A DNA stretch of 64,000 nucleotides from Felis catus (taxonomy: Eukaryota), in NCBI RefSeq assembly GCF_018350175.1, contig NC_058368.1:94118001-94182000 (forward strand), read 5' to 3'. Under the pieces are notes generated by a model, which made no database searches, was not told the DNA's origin, and worked only from the letters and a program-made list of their open reading frames with translations. Both the position numbers and the translations under genes were made by a program. Below are positions 37,401 to 50,348 of the stretch, in pieces. Each line of letters opens with the position of its first letter. Positions within the stretch are counted from its first letter, which is position 1.

Positions 37401-38084
37401 GAGAGAGAGGGAGACACAGAATCGGAAACAGGCTCCAGGCTCTGAGCCATCAGCCCAGAGCCTGACGCAGGGCTCGAACTCACGGACCGCGAGATCGTGA
37501 CCTGGCTGAAGCCCGACGCTTAACCGACTGCGCCACCCAGGCGCCCCTCAGTAATATTTTTAATTGTCTAATTTGTCCACTATTATTATAGGCACTCAGT
37601 TTCTTTGATTGCTATTTGCATTGTACATCTAATGTCCTTTTACTTTCAACCCATTTGTATCTTTGAATCTAAAGTATGTTTACTTTAGATAGTATATAGT
37701 TGGATCTTGTTTTTTAATCCAATTTGACAATTTCTGCCTTTTTATTGGATTGTTTAATCCACTTACATTTAATGTTATTATTGATATACTTTTATTTACA
37801 TCTGATATTTTACTTTTCGTTTTCTATATACCTCATGTCTTCTTTGTTCTACTGTCCTCTTTTACTGCTTTCTTTTGCATTAAGAGAATATTTTTGTTAT
37901 AACATATTATCCCTTTAATAATTTTTTTCATAGCTTTTGGAATATTTTCTTAATGACAGATTTACCATATACGTTTTAACTTAACAGCATCTACTTCAGA
38001 TTTATTCTAATTTAATTCCACTGAGATATAAAAATGTTACCCTATATAATTCTCTTCTTTTTCCCCTTTTTGGACTATTATGAT

Positions 38085-38122
<38 letters not shown>

Positions 38123-40480
38123 TTACAAATTCAGCAATACATTATCATGATCGTGACTTTGAATAATGTCATGTCTTTTAAAAAAGTTGAGAGAAAGTTG
38201 ACACTTACAGAGTTTTCTATACTAACTTTATATACCATATATAGTTCTCTTCATTTGTTCTTGTGCATGTAAGTTACGATTTGGTATTATTATCTTACTC
38301 CAATACAGCTTTACTGCCACCTGTATCTTTTGTGCTGTTATTTTCAAATATATTGCATTTCTGTAAGTTATAATTCCAAAAATACAATTATATATGTATT
38401 GTTTTATACAAGTGCTTTTTAAAAAGACTTTTCGTTTAGGGGCGCCTGGGTGGCGCAGTCAGTTGAGCGTCCGACTTCGGCTCAGGTCATGATCTCACGG
38501 TTTGTGAGTTCAAGCCCCGCGTCAGGCTCTGTGCTGTCCAGCTCGGAGCCTGGAACCTGCTTCAGATTCTGTGTCTCCTTCTCTCTCTGCCCCTTCCCTG
38601 TTCGTGCTCTGTCTCTCTCTGTCTCTCAAAAATAAATAAATGTAAAAAAAAAAAAAGACTTTTCGTTTAGAGCAATTGTAGATTCACAGCAAAATTAAGA
38701 GAAAGGCACAGAGATTTTTCACATACTTTCTACCCTCACACATGCACAGCCTTCCCCATTAACAATGTTCCCTAACCAAAATGGCACATTTGTTACAGTT
38801 GATAAACTACATCATTATCACCCGAAGTCCATGGTTTACCTTAGGGTTAACTCTTGGTATTGTACATTCCATAGGTTTGGATAAATATATAATGACATGT
38901 ATCCATCATTGTGGTATCAAAATCACAGAGTATTTTCGCTGCCCTAGAAATTATTTGTGTTCCACTTATTCATCCTTACCTGCCCCCTGCCCCCAACCTT
39001 TGGCAACCACTGATCTTTTCACTGTCTCCATAGTTTTGCTTTTCTAAAATGTCATATAGTTGGAATTAGCACACAGCCTTTTCAGATTGGCTTCTTTCAC
39101 TTAGTAATAATGTGCATTGAAGTTTCCTCCATGTATTTTCATGGCATGAACTTTCGAAGCTCATTTCTTTTTAGTGCTGAGTAATATTCCATTGTCTGGA
39201 TTTAATACTATTTTTTAATCTCCTCACCTACTGAAAGACATCTTGGTTGTTTCCAAGTTTTGGCCATTGTTAATAAAGCTGCTACAGACATCTGTGTGCA
39301 GGTGTTTGGGTGGATGAAAGTTTTCAGCTTCTTTGAGTAAACATCAAGGAGCATGACTGCAGGATTATATGGCATAATTCATTTTATAAGAAACTGCTTG
39401 GAACACCTGAGCGGCTCAGTCAGTTGAGCATCTGACTCTTGATTTTGGCTCAGGTCATGATCCCAGGGTGGTGGGATTGAGCCTATCATTGGGCTCTGTG
39501 CTGAGTGTGGAGCCGACTTAAGATTCTCCCCCGACCCCTTCTCTCTCTCTCTCTTCCTCTCTCTGTCCCTCTCCTTTGCTTGTGCTCTCTCTAAAAAAAA
39601 AAAAAACAAAAACAAAAAAACAAAAAAACCCAAAAAACCAAATATATATATATATATTTATTTATTAAAAATATATATATGTATATTTTAAAAAGCCTGT
39701 TTTCAAAGGTAGCTTTACATTCTGCATTTCTACCAGTAAGGGGTGAGAGTTCCTCTTGGTCCACCTCCTCACCAGCATTTGGTGTTGTCTGTGTTCTGAA
39801 TTTTGGCCATTCTAATAGGCGTGTACTGGTACCACCCAGTTGTTTTAATTTGAATTCTCTGATGACATATGATGTTGAGCATCTTTTCAGATGCTCACAT
39901 GACCCCGATATATATATCTTTACTGAGGTGTCTCCTGGGTCTTTGGCCCATTTTTAAATTGACTTGTTTGTTTTCTTACTGTGGAGTTTAAAGAGTTCTT
40001 TGTATATTTTAGATAATAGTTCTTTATCAGATATGTCTTTTGCAATTATTTTCTCCCCATCTGTTTTCTCATCATCTTGGTATTGTCTTAAGTTTTTAAT
40101 TTTAATGAAGTGCAGCTTTTTGGTTATTTTTTCAAGGATTGTACCTGTGGTGCTGTATCTAAAAAGTCATCACCATATGCAAGGTCATCTGAGTTTTACA
40201 TTTGATCTATTATCCATATATTCTTCTCTATTTTTTCTCTATTTTCTCTATATTCTTCTATTTGATCTATTATCCATTTTTTATAGATTTATCTATTATT
40301 TATATTTTCTTCTATGGGTTTTGTAGTATCATACTTTAGCATTTAGGTCTCTGACACATTTTGAGTTAATGTTTGTGCAGGGTGTAAGGTCTGTGTCTAA
40401 ATTCAATTCTTTTTTTGCATGTGTACGTCCAGCTGTTCCAGCACCATTTGTTGAAAGACTCTCTTTGCACAATTGCATTA
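34440..40480 (-). mobile_element. Cluster of nested old L1 fragments with SINEs and an LTR-like insert (about 35450-35780)
   Basis: ttttcaaagaaccaacttttggtt, MFIAALF...PYKAMLFSHKK, gttccagcaccatttgttgaaagact. Confidence 0.85.
37328..37547 (-). mobile_element. Young Felis-type Can-SINE
   Basis: Near-consensus, CpG-rich copy flanked by TSD tcagtaatatttttt. Confidence 0.9.
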
Positions 40481-40952
40481 ACATCCCCTAAAGAAGATCT
40501 GGAGTATAAGGTTAATTAATTCTGATAGTACGCTCGGAAATCTCATAGCTTCTGTTTGAACTTTGCAAATGAATTAAGGGAAAGTGTTCTTGTCTTAAAG
40601 TATCCCGACTGAGCTCCTAAGGGAATATTCTTCCATAAGTAGTTAAGAGTGTATGTTTTAGAGTCAAACCTTATTACTGCACCATTTTCCAGTTCTGTGG
40701 ACTTGGGCAAAGGGATTAATTGTATCGACCCTCAGTTTTCTCATCTTTAAATGAGGTCAATATTTTTCTAGATGCTTTTTGTAAAGTGCTTTCCAGATTA
40801 GTAAATAAATAGTCAGCAAATAAGAACCATTGCTAATATTTATACTCAAAGAGTGGCTCTTTAGCAAAGACACATCGCAAAGGAAGTTTAAATATTGTTT
40901 TCTTCCCCTAGAAACTATAATAATTCAGAATTCCAGAGGAACCTAATATTAC

Positions 40953-41086
40953 ACTTGAGCCCAGATCCATGGGAACCACAAATTTCCCAGAGAACTCTGG
41001 CTGAGGAACCATATCCTTGTGGAATACGTGAGACATTGTGTGGAAATTAAGAGCGGTCTATGTGCACAATATTTTGGTGATACTCT
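40953..41086 (-). pseudogene. Candidate pseudo-exon
   Basis: Strong acceptor ctcctaccttcattttgtacag| and donor AGT|gtaata. Confidence 0.5.
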
Positions 41087-41198
41087 CTGTACAAAATGAA
41101 GGTAGGAGAGGACTATGATGAAAGACAAGAGGCTGCTGTTTCTGAAGTTTATTTCTGATGTTTGTATCATTCTGTTATTTTGCACCCAGCCTCCCTAC

Positions 41199-41359
41199 CT
41201 CAGCCCTCCTTTCTCTGACTGCTTTGTCACTCTGGCCTGCTCTTTGTAGGGTTTCCTACAAACTACAAACTAGGGTTTCCTACAAAGAAGAGGTAACTGT
41301 AGCTGTTGTAGAAATTCTCCAGTTTCTACTCTTAATTAGGTCAAGGTTATGGATCAACC
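41199..41359 (-). pseudogene. Candidate pseudo-exon LIHNLDLIKSRNWRIS...VRERRAE
   Basis: Acceptor aatttcag| and donor GAG|gtaggg. Contains an internal 24-nt duplication. Confidence 0.5.
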
Positions 41360-41627
41360 CTGAAATTTATCCATTCATTGAGCAGTTGTAATCTATTTAA
41401 GAGTCTCTATTTTGTGGGCACCTGGGGTGACTCAGTCAGTTGAGCGTTTGACTCTTGATTTCACTTCAGGTCATGATCCCAGGGTTGTGGGATCAAGCCC
41501 CACGGCGGGCTGAGGATGGAGTCTGCTTAAAATTGTCTCTCTTTCTCCCCCTGCCCCTCTCCCCTGCTTGCACTCTCTCTTAAACAAAAAAGCAAAAAAA
41601 AAAAAAAAGAGTCTCTGTTTTTAAGGA

Positions 41628-41702
41628 AATTAATTGTATTAATTTGATTAATTAATCAATTAATTTGATTAATTGATTAATTTGATTAATCTGATTAATT
41701 AA
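41628..41702. repeat. AT-rich degenerate (TTGATTAAT)n low-complexity repeat
   Basis: attaatttgattaattaatcaattaatttgattaattgattaatttgattaatctgattaatt. Confidence 0.85.
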
Positions 41703-41920
41703 GAAGCTAATGGGGCAGGATTGTTCTAGACACTGGAGATAAATTGGTGAACAAGATAGACAGTGAGTTCATGAGGCTTTTATGATTTAATGTTATGAAA
41801 TCATTAAAGTTGTTACAAATATTTTTTTTTGAAAATTTTTATTATTATGGGGCATCTGGATGGCTCAGTGGATTAAGCGCTGGACCCTTGATTTTGACTC
41901 AGCTCACAATCTCATGGTTC

Positions 41921-42148
41921 TTTTTTTTTTTTTTTAATTTTTTTTTTCAACGTTTATTTATTTTTGGGACAGAGAGACAGAGCATGAACGGGGGAGGGTC
42001 AGAGAGAGAGGGAGACACAGAATCAGAAGCAGGCTCCAGGCTCTGAGCCATCAGCCCAGAGCCTGACGCGGGGCTTGAACTCACAGACTGCGAGATCGTG
42101 ACCTGGCTGAAGTCGGACGCTTAACCGACTGCACCACCCAGGCGCCCC
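41921..42148 (-). mobile_element. Young Felis-type Can-SINE nested in an older plus-strand Can-SINE (41848-42280)
   Basis: TSD aatctcatggttctt on both sides splits the host SINE. Confidence 0.9.
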
Positions 42149-42221
42149 ATAATCTCATGGTTCTTGAGATGAAGCCCTGAGTCAGGGCCTGAGCTGACAG
42201 CATGGAGCCTGCTTGGGATAT

Positions 42222-42253
<32 letters not shown>

Positions 42254-42815
42254 ATAAATAAATGAATAAAAATTTAAAAAATTTTATTACTATGGAAAAT
42301 ATAAAACATCCAAAAGCAGGGAGAAACTGCAATACTCCAATTATTAACACATAGCCAAACTTATTTAATTCCTAACTTCCGCACTTAAAGACTTGTAGAA
42401 AGGTGCAGTAAAAATGCTCTGACTCTAGCCTATATGACCACCTTCTCTGGTTTGGGATTTTAAAAATCAGGATATAGCTCATAATTCTTCCATCCTTGGC
42501 ATCATGAAAATAGCTTTTCATTTTTCTCACTAAGCCAGCCTCTCATGAGAAGCCCAGGAGCCGCCAAGGCTTAATCATCCAGACCCACATGGAGAGCCCC
42601 TAGAATACTAGATTGGCCGTATTCTCTGCTGCTTTGCTCCTGCCACATGATAAATTTGGGGAATAAGGTTAAACTTGGTAATATAACAACGTGATGTGAT
42701 CCTGGCCTTAGGGCATGAGGACTCTCTCCGTGCAGTTAATTCTAGACATGGGAGCTAGGCCTTAAAAACTCACCACAAATAAAAACACAGTCACATAGTC
42801 ATGCCCTCCACCTAC

Positions 42816-43111
42816 CGCACTGAGCACAATCACGGAGCAAATGTGAGGGTTGACTCTGCTTTCTTCTCTAGGAAGTCAACATTTTACGATTTCACTTGCT
42901 CCTGGTCTCTCCCCTGAACCCAAGCCTGTCATCTCAGTAGATGCAGTGGCTTAGGTTTGGGCATGTCCTGCTTCATGCAGGACAGTCACCTTTTGACCAC
43001 CAAGTTTTTCTGCACCTTTGAGGTGGAGGTAATCTTGTCTCTCTAACCCCCAGGCCCACACCAGTTTCATTTCTCCAGATGAGTGACACTTCTTTTAAGG
43101 GCAAAACTACC
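42816..43111 (-). pseudogene. Candidate pseudo-exon
   Basis: Acceptor ctgtttcagctaacag| and donor GCG|gtaggt. Long frame with two stops. Confidence 0.35.
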
Positions 43112-43809
43112 CTGTTAGCTGAAACAGTTTGAAGAGGAAAAAATTATGCAAAAACTGGCATACTTTGATGTCAGCTTTTTCAAGGAATAATAATGATAAA
43201 AAAAGTAAGAGAAAAGACTGATGGAAACTACAGCAGAACACTAGAATGATTTGTCCAAGCATGGTAAGATTTGGGATATTATTTCTAAGCATTTGTTCCC
43301 TAAGTTATGTAATTTTCCACATTTTCTAAAATTAACATATATCAACAGTCAGAAAAAAAATAAGGCAAAAATACTAAGAATCTCGCCAAAGTTATAGCAT
43401 TAACATTTTGTAAGCAAGATTAAAATGGTAGTAAACCCTTTGAAGGTTTCCTGGCCAGAGTCTTGTTCAAAAATCTAGTGTGATAGACATTTCACTGCGC
43501 AACAGGATAGGTCTAAAAAAACCTGGGCATAGACACTTTTGGAATATGATTGTGCATATGTTTTAGCTTCTTCTCGTTTTAGAGATAATACGTGTGCACT
43601 TGAGAAATTTTGGGACACAGAGAACAGTACCAGAAAAGAATAAGCATCGCCCTAACGCACACTCCATGGATCTGTCCTCCCTAACTGTGCAAGGACCAGC
43701 CACGCCTTCAGGATCCCCGAGGCCACGCCCCCTGCCCCCTCCCAGCCAATGGCTGAGCTAATCGAAGCGGGGGGGAGGTGCTAGAGTCAGGTCCCGTTTA
43801 CCTGACGCA

Positions 43810-46303
43810 AGACTCCCCTAACTGACAAGAATATTCATTTACTGTATCGTCTGAAGTGAGCTGGACCTTCTGGACATCTCACAGAACATCACCCTGATCC
43901 ATTACGTCGATGACATCATGCTGAGTGGACAGGTTAATAAAGTGGCGACTAATATGCTAGAAGCCTTGGGAAGACAACTATGCTCCACGGGGCGGGGTCC
44001 ACGCCCCGGGAGACTAGAAACCTACTACTGGAGTAAATTTTTTCGAGGTTCTGTACTCCGGGGCTTGCCAAGACACCCTCTCCAAAGTAAAAGACAAATT
44101 TCTGAATCTTGCATTCCCTGCTTTACAGATGGAAGCATAACGCTTGGTGAGCCTTTTGGGGTCCTGAATGCAACACGCTACACGTCTGGGAATACCTCTC
44201 TAGGTCCCTTACTGAGGGATATGTCAACCATGACTGGGGCCCAACCAAGAATGAGCTCTGCAACAAATCTAGGCTGCTATGCAAGGGGCTCTTCTGTTGG
44301 GCGGTATGATTCAGGACACCCTATGGTGTCCATGACTTCAGGGATGGAAAAAGCTGCAGTGTGGCAAGGTCCGTGAGGGAATCACAGTGTGAGCCCTTGG
44401 AGCTCTGGAGCAAGGCCATGCCACCTGCAGGGCAGAATTATATGCCTTTTGAGAAATAGCTCCTGGCATGTTCCTGGGCCCCTGTGAGAGCTGGAGTGCT
44501 CGACCATAGGGCACTGAGTGACTCTGCATGCACAATTGCCCATTATGAAGTGGCTTTTGTTAGACACACCAAGTCATAATGTGGAATAGGCCCAGCGGAA
44601 GTCCACAGCAAGATAGAAATGGAATGTCTGGGATTGAGACCAAGCAGGACCAGAGGGCATGAGCAGGCAGCCCAAAACACCCATGTCACCCACCCTGGTT
44701 ACACCGGTGCCCCTCCTTCACCTTGCACATAGGACCACTTATGCGAGAAACTCATACAAACAGAATGAAGAGGGAAGAAAAAGCCAGCCTTTGGGATGAG
44801 TTGGCTTGGTCTGAATCTAAGCTGAAAATGGATAGCAGCTGCATTTACAGCCACATTCAGAGCTGGACTTGAAAGACCTTAGAGACAAAAATCTTTCCAA
44901 TGGGCAAAGCTGGGAGCAGTGCATCCTGTCATTGACTTCGTGTGGAAGAAAAAGTAGCCCAAGTTGGGAATATATAGATTCCTAGGTGCCAATGGGGTCC
45001 GTTTCAGAGGCCTGGAAGGGAAAACAAAACAAAACAAAACTGGAGGACTAGAGTCAAGGGGGTCTGGGGCAATATTAGCCAACCTTCATCACTGACCATC
45101 CCAGAATTGGCACACTGTGCCCACTGAATGGAATGGCCTAGATAAGGGCCGAGACAGAGGATGTGCATGAACTCAGCAGCATATATGCCCATTACCAAGA
45201 CTGATTTAGGTACTTCCGCCTCTGAAGTTCCAACCTGCCAGCAACACAGACCAAACTAAGTCCCCTAAATAGCACTACTCTTTTAGGAGACCAACCCATA
45301 ATTTTATGGCAAGTAAACTAGGCTGGTCCCCTTCTTTGCTAGAAGAGCCAGCCAGTAGTTATCTTCAACAGGAAAGATAACTATTTGGGCTATGGGTTTG
45401 TTTTTCTTGCTCACAGAGCTTCAGCCAACACTACTGTCTAGGAACTCACAGAATGCCTCATTTACAAGCATAAAATCTCAAACAACACAGCACCCAACGA
45501 GGGGACCCATTTCACCGCAAAGGAGATATGGAAGTGGGCTCATGACCATGGGATCTATGCATTACATCATCTACAGCACCATCCAAGAGAAGTGGCTTTT
45601 CACTGGTGGCCTTCCAAAGGTGCAAATGAGGTGCCACCTTGCTTACAGTACTCTGCAAAATGGGGTGCCTTCCTTTGGGATGCACTATAGACACTAAATC
45701 AGAGAACTTTGTATGGTGATGTGTCTTCTATAGGTAACAGAAGCATCTGAGACCCAAGGGATGGAAACAAGAGAGGCTTCACTTGTCATCACTGTCTGTG
45801 ACCACCTAGAGACTTGGTGCTTCTTGGGCAACTCTGTGATCATGGATGGTAAAGTCCTGGTACCCAATGGGGCACACTCTTACCAGGGCACACAGCAAGG
45901 GTCCCATTGAACTATATGCTATGGCTACTGCCAGGGAACTGTGGACTCCTTATAACCATGTTCCAGCAGGTGAAAAGAGTCACCATCATGGCAGGGATAA
46001 TGGACCCTTACCAGCAGAAGCAGACTGCCCGTCTCATGCTCTTACAGGAGAACAGGGCAGAATAATGTGCAAGTCCAGGTAATCCATTTAGGTATTTCTT
46101 GGCAGACGTTGCCCAGATGAAGCAGTGAACGGACGTGTAGCAAATGCAACCCGAAATGGGTATAATTACCAAGGCCTCAGACCCTGTAGGAATGAGGGTT
46201 TGGGTCACAGCACCAAGTAAGTCATCAAGACTTTCCCTCAGGAAGAGAGGTCCACAGTTCCTTGAATATGTGGAGCAAAGGATCTGAGCAGCACAAGGGG
46301 TGG
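43810..46303 (+). mobile_element. ERV-L internal remnant (reverse transcriptase, RNase H, integrase; ERV3-16A3-like)
   Basis: LDLLDISQNITLIHYVDDIML reverse-transcriptase motif near 43860-43923. Also GKSFQWAEL-like RNase H remains, QGTHFT-like integrase remains and a polypurine tract caaggggtggac. Confidence 0.85.
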
Positions 46304-46701
46304 ACTGGGGAACTCATGATGCAATGCTCAGATCTTCCTTCGTGAAAACCTGCTGTCCAAGCCGGGTCAATGCTCTACCCAGGCTGCCCGAGCCAGTGAG
46401 TGGGCATGGTGGGGGTACTGAAGGTGGTCCACTTCTGCCTGACGCAGGACTCGTTCAATGCGCAACCTTCTACTCTAGGGTTGCCTGGCTTTCTCAGAGC
46501 CGTACTGCAGACTAAAACTCTTCCACCCAATCTTCCTTCCCTGCCCCTTTCACAGGTGTTGGACCTGCATCTCAGCCTGAAGTCTCTCCCTGTGTATTCC
46601 GCCTCCTTCTCCCTTTTATCCGTTGCAGGCATTTCCCCCAACAAATCTCTTGAACTTCTAATTCCATCTGGCATCTGCTCCCCAGAGGACTTGAACTGAC
46701 A
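46304..46701 (+). mobile_element. 3' LTR of the ERV-L (LTR16A-like)
   Basis: Starts TG after the polypurine tract and ends ...ggcatctgctcccagaggacttgaactgaca. Confidence 0.8.
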
Positions 46702-48628
46702 TATTGGTGTACAAGAATAAACACGCTCAATACTGTGAAGTATTTGCTTTGAGTGATAAAGTACTATTTATTTGGGGGGCCACACTCTCTACCAAATGAA
46801 TGCCTATATAGGAGGGATTCCCAATTCTACAAGCTGTTCAGGCTAGGGCACATAAAACCACCCTGATATAATTCCACTGATACTACTGGCCGAGGAATCG
46901 GTTTCCACATTTGCCCTAGCTCTGTGGCCAGCACCCCATATTTAATATTTTAGGGTACATTTTTTGATGCTTCTAACATTTGGGTCTCTATTATCACAAT
47001 ATCTGAAATATTGGACCAGAGTCTACATCTAAAGTTGATTTTGCATTGGGGAGCCTGGGTGGTTCCATCAGTTGAACGACCAACTTCAGCTCAGGTCATG
47101 ATCTCACATTCCATAAGTTCCAGCCCTGCGTCAGTCTCTGTGCTGACAGCTTAGAGCCTGGAGCCTGCTTCAGATTCTGTGTCTCCCTCTCTCTCTCTGC
47201 CCCTTCCCAGCTCATGCTCTGTTTCTCTCTGTCTCAAAAATAAATACAAACATTAAAAAAATTTTTTTTAGGTTGATTTTGCATTAAGTATTGAACTGGA
47301 AATAACAAGCAGCTGTGGTCACAAACATGAGATATTTTACATTCATTCCCGATTCGTGATGCTAACAAGACACGATTCTATTTTCGTTTTTGAAAAGTTA
47401 TCAAGTTATTATATTGGGGCTCCAGGTTACAAGAGAGGTGGAATCTGAGGAGCAAGGGGTGGCAAGGATCAGGGATTCAGGTGAGGGTCAAGGGTAGAAG
47501 TAGGAATTGAGGATGAGGGTTTCTATTACACACATTATTTGGTAATTTAAATTTAAGCTGAATGTTTAATGGTGATTGTTTAGTTCCAAAGCTGCTGCTT
47601 TTTTTTTTAAGTTTTTATGAGAGAGAGAGAGAGTGGAGCTCGAGGGGGGAGCTGCAGAGAGAGGAGAGAATGAATCTCAAGCAGGCTCCTCACTATCACC
47701 ATAGAGCCCCACATGGGGTTTGATCTCACGAACCATGAGATCATGACCTGAACTGAAATTGAGAGTCAGATACTTAACCGATGGAGCCACCCAGGCACCT
47801 CTAGTTCCAAAGCTTCTTACACAGAGTTGAGATTGCAACAATTTTTAGATAAGACACACTTTTTTTCCCCCATGTTTATTTTGAGAGAGAAAGAGCATGA
47901 GAAAGGGAGGGGCAGAGAGAAAGGAAGAGAGAGAATCCCAAGCAGGCTCTATGTTGGTGCTTGTTAGTGCAGAGCCCCATGCAGGGCTCGATCTCATGAA
48001 TTGTGACATCATGACCTGAGCTGGAATCAAGAGTCAGAGGCTTAACCAACTGAGCCATCCAGTCGCCCCAGGATGAGACACACTTAACTACATCATCAAT
48101 GTTGGTTTGAATGGGCCAAGGGTTCCAATTAATATATAAGGTTTATATTAGTAATACATTTGTATAATTATCAATAGGTTTCAGTTTGTTGATCCTTTTG
48201 TATTTTCCCCCCATTACTTCAATAAGACCATGGTAATTATAATCTTGGCCCTCTCTTAATTCTTTGGAATCCCCAAGTTCCTTTTCCCAGTGGGAGGTAG
48301 GTCTAGGTGTGAACAAGGGGTTCCCTTATCTGAACAGAGTTGATTAAGGTAAAAACAAGTTTGAGAATACTGATCCAAGAGACTTGCAGTTATGCCTTTC
48401 TAAGTATTTTATTACTGTCCTTTAGGTAGACTAGTACTAGAAGAGGGTTAGGGTGTGCTCAGTGTTATTTGGGGAAGCTCCATTATGATGCAGTGTTTTC
48501 CCTCAAAGCCCCACCCTATTTGTGATTGGGATCTGCACGGTAGCCCTGAGGCACTCAGTGCTGAAGGGACCTGTAAATCACTGTAGTGCACTGCCCCCTT
48601 TGATGGCCATTTTCTAATATGAGAATAC

Positions 48629-49192
48629 CTTTCTTCATATGTGGCCTGCCCAGAACCTACCCTTGTTAGAATCTTCAGGAAACACCCATAACCTACCATC
48701 ATTAGAATTATCAGGAAACCGGAAAGTTTCATCTGTTATGCTGCCAGGGCTGAGACTTCTACCTGCCCAAATGATGAATTTTGACAGCCAGTGATTTGAT
48801 GTGTCCCTGTCCATTGCTCGGCTCAATCTTCTTCATGCAGACACCTGGATTTCATGAACAACTCTCTGAACACTCTTCACGTGCAGAGGTCAAAGGCCAT
48901 GGTTCCTTTCATCTTTGCCTACATGATTTTGGCTCAAAGACCTCTAGTGTCCACTTATCAAGGGTCTGGACTTAGCTCTGCTCTTTCTTTGAATTATTCA
49001 TGCCCACAATCATCTCCCCAGTTTGTCTAGATTACATGAGAATGGGCGGCCACCCTCTTAAGTCTCCCAAACCACACTTCTGTATCCCCCATTTCTCTCC
49101 TCCAGACTCTGAGGACAGAGACACTGTCTTCCTCTCTCAAGCATTAGAGACACTGCTGTTAGGTGACCAGATGCAATTAGATGACACAATTA
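48629..49192 (-). pseudogene. Candidate large pseudo-exon IVSSNCIWSP...FPDNSNDGRLWVFPEDSNKGRFW
   Basis: Acceptor ttttcatttattag| (phase 1 matches the upstream exon) and donor AAG|gtattc. Stops plus a frameshift. Confidence 0.5.
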
Positions 49193-50290
49193 CTAATAAA
49201 TGAAAACAAAACTTGAAGTACAAATTGCATTCATAATTTTATCTGAGCTAGGTAAAGGAATGGACAGAGAAAGTTCTGGAAAGAAACATATCAAAATATG
49301 AATCACTATTTCTCTTGGCCTATAGGATTGTGGGTAATATTTCTAACTGCCTCTTAGCAGCATTGTGTACTTTACAAATTTTCTACCATGACCATGTATC
49401 TTTGCTCATCAAGCAAAAGAAAATGGTGTGAAATGCTAGAAAACAATACAAAATGTGGTGTTGCCAATCACTGTAAGCCAGGCAATGTTGTAGTGGCAGA
49501 AGGTGTGCACAGTTCCGACAACAAAGGCCTTTGTGTGTGTGTTTTTTTTTAAGTTTATTTGAGAGAGAGAGCCTGAGCACAAGTGGGGGAGGGGCAGAGA
49601 GAAGGAGAGAGAGAATCCTAAGCAGGCTTAGTGCCACCAACACAGAGCCCGATGCAGGGCTCGAACCCATGAAGCACACACGAGATCATGACCCGAGCCA
49701 AAACCAAGAGTCAGACACTCAACCGACTGAGCCACCCAGACGCCACTACAATAAAGGCCTTCGTAGCTACATGTGATCATGTCCCTCCAGTGTGGTTAAC
49801 GCACTGTGAAAAGAAGCGGTGTGTCTTTTCCAGTGGTCATTTTTCCAGGGGTGTGGCATGCCACTTCCCCCTAGCTCCTGATGGCTCTGAGGTGGGGGTG
49901 CTCAGCGATGGGGGTGGGAGTCAAGAGTGGGTGAATCTCAGAGAAGACGGTGGAGCTCAGGGATGGGGGGAAGAATAGGATACAAGTCATGAACGAGGTG
50001 ATCCCCAGAGACGAGATGGGGCTCAGGGATGGAGAGGCTGAGACAGAAGCTGGAAGCAGTGAAGAGATGTGTGGAAACAGACCTCTTCATTCGCTCTTTC
50101 ACACGCAGGCGGAGATCTGTTTTACACACGGTCATTAGAAAAACAAACAAGCAAAACAGAAAAGAAACTATGTTTTAGGCCCACATTTTGGTAAGGCGCT
50201 CCTGGCAATGATATCAAAATGTCACCTTCCATTTGGATTTCAACTCCTTAAAACAAAATGGAATGGAATGTTGGTTGTTCAAAAGCGTAC

Positions 50291-50348
50291 CTCAGGTAGC
50301 CTTCAGGGGAAGACGAGAGCGCTGCCTGGCCTGGTACAATGCTACCTC
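50291..50348 (-). pseudogene. Pseudo-exon EVALYQARQRSRLPLKAT*
   Basis: Long pyrimidine tract upstream, acceptor cctaag| and donor GAG|gtacgc. Phase 0->1. Confidence 0.55.

Noticed and set aside
43918..44376. 152-aa ORF in the ERV-L region as a possible domesticated gene
   Set aside because: It drifts out of the pol frame, and the surrounding pol is full of stops and frameshifts.
32987..50246. Two micro-exon candidates (32987-33019 and 50226-50246)
   Set aside because: The implied introns to neighbouring exons would be only about 45-50 nt, too short for mammalian splicing.
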